Source of the DNA: an uncultured delta proteobacterium
GTDB taxonomy: Bacteria; Desulfobacterota; Binatia; JACPRU01
Direction of reading: 5' to 3'
DNA: 64,000 bases
Assembly: GCA_963745025.1 (NCBI GenBank)
Contig: CAVUWD010000008.1
Coordinates: 192,001 to 256,000, forward strand
Position 1 is the stretch's first letter, and every line of letters starts with the position of its first letter. The notes under the pieces were generated by a model. The model worked only from the letters and a program-made list of their open reading frames with translations, was not told where the DNA came from and did not search any database. This document shows positions 58,593-64,000 of the stretch, piece after piece. Position numbers and translations under genes: made by a program.

Positions 58593-59985
58593 ATGCGCCT
58601 CTCCGTCGTCATCCCGGTCTACAACGAGCGCCCGACGATCGAGGAATGCCTGAAGCGCGTCCAAGCCGTCGCCATCGACAAAGAAGTCCTCATCATCGAT
58701 GACGCGTCGACGGACGGCACCCGCGAAGCGCTCGCCGCGCTGCCGCCGGATCCGAACGTGCGGATTTTCTTTCAACCGGAAAACCGCGGCAAGGGAGCGG
58801 CGGTCCGCCGTGGCTTCACAGAAGCCGCCGGCGACGTCGTGGTCGTTCAAGACGCGGACCTCGAGTACGATCCGCAGGACTACCACAAGCTGCTCGAACC
58901 GATCCTCTCCGGCCGGGCCGACGTGGTCTACGGCTCGCGCTTCCTCGGCTGGCCGCGACGCGTGCTGCGGTTCCGCCACCAGCTCGCCAACCGTTTTCTC
59001 ACGTTGCTCTCCAATCTGGTGACCGACTTGAACCTTACCGACATGGAGACCTGCTACAAGATGATGACCCGCGAGGTCGCGAACAGCTTGCGACTGCGTT
59101 CGGACCGCTTCGGCATTGAACCGGAAATCACCGCGAAGATCGCACGCCTCGGCTATCGGGTCTACGAGGTGCCGGTCTCGTATCACGGCCGCGACTACTG
59201 GGAAGGGAAGAAGATTTCCTGGAAGGACGGCGTTGCCGCCGTTTGGACGATCTTTCGCTACGCGTTCGTGGACGACGAGGAGAACGAGCGCGCCGGCTAC
59301 CGCATCCTGCAGCGAATGCAGAAGGTGTCGCGCTACAACCGTTGGATGTGGGAAGAGCTCGAGCCTCACGTGGGAAACCGCGTGCTCGAGGTTGGCGCCG
59401 GCGTCGGCAACATGACTCGCTTTCTGCTCGGCCGCGAGCGCGTGGTGGCGACCGAGCTCGAAGCCAAGTACCTGAGCATTCTCCACCATCTCTTCGATCG
59501 CTATGCGCACGTGACGATCGCACGCTTCGACCTGAACGGCGCTCCGCGCCGCCGCCTCGGAGGCTGTCGACACTGTGGTCTGCCTGAACGTGCTCGAGCA
59601 CATCGAGGACGACGCGCGCGTGCTCGGGAGGTTCTTCGACTTGCTCGAGCCGGGGGGCCGGCTCATCCTTCTCGTACCGGCTCTGCGTGCGCTCTACGGC
59701 TCGCTCGACCGCGCGCTCGACCATTTCCGCCGCTACGAGCGGTCCGAGCTCGTCGATAAGCTCCGCCGCGCCGGCTTCGAAGTCGAAGCGAGCTGGTTCT
59801 TCAACCTGCTCGGCGTCGCCGGCTGGTACGTGAACAGTCGCATCCTCAAGCGGACGACCTTCCCACCGGTCCAGCTGACGCTCTACGATCGTCTCGTGCC
59901 GCTCTTTCGTCTCGAGAGCCGCTGGCGATTGCCGATCGGCATGTCGCTGATCGCCGTGGCGCGAAAGCCCACGCCGGCGGCATAG
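58593..59985 (+). CDS. GT2 (DPM1-like) glycosyltransferase fused to a class I SAM methyltransferase; frameshift near 59560
   Basis: [30 protein letters not shown]; LEVGAGVGN; [11 protein letters not shown]; HFRRY. Confidence 0.9.
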
Positions 59986-59988
59986 GTC

Positions 59989-60172
59989 CGGGTCGTGATG
60001 ATGGGCCAACAGCTACATCGGCGACGGTCCGGAACTTCATGGTCAAGGCGATCGCGGAAGAGCAGAGCCTCGAGATGCCAAGCTTCTTCGGCTACATGGT
60101 TTGGTCGTGCGGGATTCTGCTGCCGCGCTTCGGGCTCGTCACGCTGGACTTTTTCCGCCGGTGATTCGTCCC
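59989..60172 (+). repeat. Degenerate duplicate of the antiporter 3' end (57948-58133)
   Basis: Colinear ~185-bp match with substitutions and indels. Confidence 0.9.
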
Positions 60173-60283
60173 TCAGAGAACGATACGGTACGTCGCTGCG
60201 CCCGAGTCGCAGCTCATGACCCGTCGTCAATGTTACACTATGGCATTGCAATGAACATTGGCAGTCCGAGCAATTGATCCGCA

Positions 60284-62569
60284 ATGCCGATGATGACGTC
60301 ACCGCTAGACTCTTCCGAAAGCCTGAAGAACGTCCAGCCGGGCAGTCTTAACAGTCGCGCTAGCGAAGAAACATCGCCGGCTCGCTCACGATTGCCGGCG
60401 GCGCTCTACACGGTCGAGCTCACGCTCCTCCTCTCAGCGGCCTCCGTTCTCGCGGCTCGAGACGATCGGTTTGGCCGCACGGCACTGCCCTTCCTGACGC
60501 CGGTGATTCTGGCGTTGGAGCCCTTCGGGGCCGAGCTCGTACGCAGTGCGCATACGGTCGTCCCGGTGGCCGGTCTCTCGCTTTCCGTCGTACTCGCCAT
60601 CGTCGCGATCGCGTCGCTCGCTGGCCGCGGGAGTGAGCCCCGGGTAATAACCCTCGCGGGCGCCGCTGCCGTGACGGCCGGCGAGATCGCATTGGTCGAA
60701 TCCTGGGTAGCCCCAGGGGTGATTCTTCTTTGTGTCTCTTTGGCCGTGCTCACGTTATTCTGGTTCTCTCGCTTGCAGAGCGAAAGACACTCCGCCGCGC
60801 TGGGGGCCCGAGAGGATGCCGGATTTTCGTGGTACGATTTCTTCAGTCTCTCCCTAGTTACCGTCATTGCCATAGTTTTCAGATTCTATGCACTGAATCG
60901 CGTATTCAATAGTTTCGAAGGCGAGCTCTCGCCCTATATGGCGGGTGCCACGAGCCTGCGCGGGATGCTGCACGCCAATGTTGGGGGGGAAGGCGGCCCG
61001 TGGGCGCCGCTCGGCTACTTTTACTATTTACCGATATTCGTCACGAGCAGACTCTTCGGTACGACGGTACTCGCGATCCGGCTCGCCTCGGCGATCGTCA
61101 GCACTCTAACCGTGCCGCTCGTGTATGGCCTGCTCAGACGATTGTCGGGAAGCACGGCCGCTCTCATTGGGGCCTTCTTCATCGCCTTAGACCCGTTGCA
61201 AGTCGGGTGGGGCCGCAGCGACATTCACCCTCACGGATCCACGGTATGGATCGCAATTCTCCTGGTGTGGGCATGCGTGAATGCCGCGGAATACGGACGT
61301 TACTGCGACTTCTTCGCGGTCGCTTTGCTGATGGGGCTCGCTTGCCATCAATATCCCTCCGGCCAGGTGGCCGTATTGATTCCTCCGGCGTTCTTTCTAT
61401 GGAACCTCGTGTGGCGAAGCGAAGGGGATTCGTTCGTGAGTGGTCGTGCGGCGGTCGCCCTGGTCGTCGGCCTCGCCTTGTGGACGCTCGGGTTTCGGTT
61501 GCAGTATTTCCTCGCCTACGGCCGCTCGCGTTTCCCAGACCTGCTCACCATCTTTGGTGCGCGCACGAGCTGGGCGGCGTCAGGCGGGAGTGATGCCTCC
61601 TGGCATCGGTTCGTAGCGATCGGCGATCGTCTGGTTGCCAACGCTAGAGACTTGGTCTGGGGCGTGTTCACGCAAGTGCCATACTTGTTTCACCAGGAAT
61701 GGATCCCCGAATTTCCAAATCTCTCGACGCGCAGCGTGTTCTGGATCGCCGCCGCCATGGCCTGGCTCGGCGCTCTCCGGCTGGTTCGGTGTCCGAGAGA
61801 CAAGCGCGCCGCCGTGCTGCTGCTATGGGCTGTCTGCGGCTCACTGCCCGCGGTCCTTTCCGCGCAGGCGTATGCAAAGCGTGCGGCGATCATGTACCCT
61901 GCGATCTATGCCCTGGCGGCGATGACTCTCGCGTTCGTTCGGAAGGAGATTGCGACCACGCGGGCGCGAAGCCTGGCGATCTCCGCCGTCGAAGGATCTG
62001 CGGCGATTTTAGTGATCACCGCTTCGCTCTTTCAATGGTTCTCCGGGACGTATTATCCCTACGGCGAGCCCCGCGAAGTTACCGTCGCGCAGAAGGTAGA
62101 AGACCTCCTGAAGCCGGGCACGATCGTCATCAGTGACTTCACGGAGGATTACCAGAGGGGAAAGCTCACCTATCTCCTCCTCGATGCGCTCAAAAGCGAG
62201 CGTGTACGCCCGGTCGCCTGGTACGTTTTAAACGAGGGGCTACTTTCCTTCGCATCCGTGCTCGACGATCCGAGACGAGCCATCCACGCCCTCCGCAGAA
62301 CACACTGGTACAATTGGACCGACCTCTGGGACCAGCTTCCCGAGACGGAAGCCTACACGAAATGGTCGAGGGTGCTTTTCCTGTTCCAGGGAAGCAGCTG
62401 GGATCCAGCGAGCCGCCCCATGGAACAACATCGTCAGCGCGTGCTCGACCGGTGCTCCGGCGGGGGAGCGGAGACTCTCGACGCCGCCTATCCGTCGCCT
62501 CAGTTTTACGCGATCGAATGCGATCTCGGGTCGTTGACCGCGGGAAGCCGCCCGAAGCTCGGAACGTGA
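60284..62569 (+). CDS. Polytopic membrane glycosyltransferase, GT-C (ArnT/PMT-like); start uncertain
   Basis: FRFYAL...FEGE and LFGTTVLAIRLASA motifs; many TM segments. Confidence 0.75.
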   Translation: MPMMTSPLDSSESLKNVQPGSLNSRASEETSPARSRLPAALYTVELTLLLSAASVLAARDDRFGRTALPFLTPVILALEPFGAELVRSAHTVVPVAGLSLSVVLAIVAIASLAGRGSEPRVITLAGAAAVTAGEIALVESWVAPGVILLCVSLAVLTLFWFSRLQSERHSAALGAREDAGFSWYDFFSLSLVTVIAIVFRFYALNRVFNSFEGELSPYMAGATSLRGMLHANVGGEGGPWAPLGYFYYLPIFVTSRLFGTTVLAIRLASAIVSTLTVPLVYGLLRRLSGSTAALIGAFFIALDPLQVGWGRSDIHPHGSTVWIAILLVWACVNAAEYGRYCDFFAVALLMGLACHQYPSGQVAVLIPPAFFLWNLVWRSEGDSFVSGRAAVALVVGLALWTLGFRLQYFLAYGRSRFPDLLTIFGARTSWAASGGSDASWHRFVAIGDRLVANARDLVWGVFTQVPYLFHQEWIPEFPNLSTRSVFWIAAAMAWLGALRLVRCPRDKRAAVLLLWAVCGSLPAVLSAQAYAKRAAIMYPAIYALAAMTLAFVRKEIATTRARSLAISAVEGSAAILVITASLFQWFSGTYYPYGEPREVTVAQKVEDLLKPGTIVISDFTEDYQRGKLTYLLLDALKSERVRPVAWYVLNEGLLSFASVLDDPRRAIHALRRTHWYNWTDLWDQLPETEAYTKWSRVLFLFQGSSWDPASRPMEQHRQRVLDRCSGGGAETLDAAYPSPQFYAIECDLGSLTAGSRPKLGT

Positions 62570-62692
62570 TGACTTGGTGTGGCGTACAAGGGCGATCGCT
62601 GGTCTTGAGCTCGCCGTCGGGAACGCCACTTCTCTGCAAGTTGTTGGTTCGGTCTCTCGTGCCCTGCGGCGCCGCTGTCTTCACACCAGTGG

Positions 62693-64000
62693 CTACTTGG
62701 TAGTCCACAGCTCATGATTAGCGGCACTCAAAAGCATGAACTTCCAGCCGGCTGCATCCAGCCAGCCCTTCAGCTCCTCAATCGTGATCACAGAACATGG
62801 TCGCCCTAACCTACTTTCAAAGCCAGGTCCTGGGGTAACCTTCGGCTCATTTACTGAAAACATAAACCACGGCGACTTTTGCTTTAGTTCTTGGAACAGC
62901 TTTATCCAATCTCCATCGAGCGGACAACTCACGTACTCGAATCGAGTCTGAGCCAAGCGCCCCGCTACAAAAGCGTCAGTTGACAACGACCTTGGGAGGA
63001 GAAAAAGAGTCCTCTCTTTGACAAGGGCTGCTACATCACCATACGGTTCAATTGTTGCACTATAGTGCGGTATAAGCGCCAGCTGCCCCCTTCCCTTTAT
63101 ATATTCATGATCTACCCATAACGAGCACAGTACAACCAAAGAGACGACTAAAGGCATCGTCTGCGCCCGAGCTCCCCATAGGAGGGCAAATGCAGCTAGG
63201 GGAACAATAGCAAACCGCGACCCCCCTACAGGATTGATTGCCAAAGGAGAGAACTGAGCGAAGCAAAGCAAGGCGAAAAGGGCTGCAATGATTCGCCTAT
63301 AGCCCCTCTTGACGCCGAGGATCAGCCAGGGAAGTGCAAGAAGAGGCACAATACCTGCTCGGCTATGCTCTTGATCAAAATGCGGGAGGCACGCTAGCGG
63401 ATGTGCAGGTAACAGCTCGCACAGCTTATCTACCCTTAGTGCATAATATAGCTTGTCCCGATACTGATCCGATAGGACACTCAGCGGCTCCGCGGCCCAG
63501 TCAATTAGGGTAAATGCCGTTGGTCGAAAGAGTTCGTAGTAACTCGCCCTCAAGGTAGAAAGCTGCAAGCCTTGCGTCCCACCAATAAAATCTCCAAACG
63601 CCTCATAGATGGGTAGAAGGGACAGAAGGACGAAAACGGCAGCGATAAACGCGCCCATGATACCGGCGCGAAGAATCCGAATATCAGCGATAATGGCTCT
63701 AAGGTGAGGAGCCGCCAGAGCTAGACCAAGCAAAATCGCAGGGAATGCTGCGTACTGCTTCGTTGCCGCCCCTAGCCCTACCAACGCGCCAAACGTAAAC
63801 ACTCCTTCGGGAAGAGTCGGCGCAGTTCTAAAGAGCGCAACGGCGGCAACAACAGGAAATGTGGCAGCTATGTCGGTGCTGACATCAGACAATCTAAGTC
63901 CGATCGCAGGGAAGGAGAGAAACGCAAGGGACGCGATGAGAGCGGAGCGACCGGTGAATCCAAAGCTCTTGCCAATGACAAACACGGCGGCTGCCGAACC
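62693..64000 (-). CDS. Low-GC polytopic membrane protein, possibly GT-C; 5' end lies beyond the window
   Basis: Open frame; STDIA, GLGAATKQ and SRFAIV motifs; markedly AT-richer than the rest of the window. Confidence 0.65.
   Translation of the reverse strand, partial: GSAAAVFVIGKSFGFTGRSALIASLAFLSFPAIGLRLSDVSTDIAATFPVVAAVALFRTAPTLPEGVFTFGALVGLGAATKQYAAFPAILLGLALAAPHLRAIIADIRILRAGIMGAFIAAVFVLLSLLPIYEAFGDFIGGTQGLQLSTLRASYYELFRPTAFTLIDWAAEPLSVLSDQYRDKLYYALRVDKLCELLPAHPLACLPHFDQEHSRAGIVPLLALPWLILGVKRGYRRIIAALFALLCFAQFSPLAINPVGGSRFAIVPLAAFALLWGARAQTMPLVVSLVVLCSLWVDHEYIKGRGQLALIPHYSATIEPYGDVAALVKERTLFLLPRSLSTDAFVAGRLAQTRFEYVSCPLDGDWIKLFQELKQKSPWFMFSVNEPKVTPGPGFESRLGRPCSVITIEELKGWLDAAGWKFMLLSAANHELWTTK

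Noticed and set aside
54130-64000. Integron cassette array
   Set aside because: No intI gene and no repeated attC-like RYYYAAC...GTTRRRY sites between genes

Overview
High-GC chromosomal window. Gene content and style suggest a deltaproteobacterial or Binatota-like organism (inference). Scattered single-base frameshifts in otherwise intact genes look like long-read assembly errors. Recognisable content: redox genes (SDR, GST, LLMs, Bcp, TrxB), tupABC, moaC, a nucleotide-sugar dehydrogenase, a secreted HExxH peptidase, an HdrC/CCG Fe-S protein with two ferritin-like proteins, a standalone GHKL ATPase, an octaheme TPR cytochrome, tonB-exbD-exbB, the radC-ssb-plsC-rnj-ftsK-lolA-yajQ block, a DEAD-box helicase, DUF190-CBS plus crcB, a Ycf46-like AAA ATPase, a cusCBA-type efflux islet bracketed by toxin-antitoxin modules, and a glycosylation region whose GC falls toward the right end. 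No rRNA, tRNA, CRISPR array, integrase or intact transposase was seen. The most unusual signals are: (1) a nested family of intergenic palindromic elements, in which heptamer-armed hairpins host MITE-like inserts built from exchangeable hairpins with conserved loops; (2) an 81-bp tandem array at the cusB-cusA junction that keeps the frame open; (3) a Cys-rich signal-peptide ORF resembling a metal-sensing leader ahead of the efflux operon; (4) a PII-like DUF190-4xCBS fusion beside a Fluc channel; (5) direct repeats bracketing gene cassettes, and many clipped gene fragments at block junctions.
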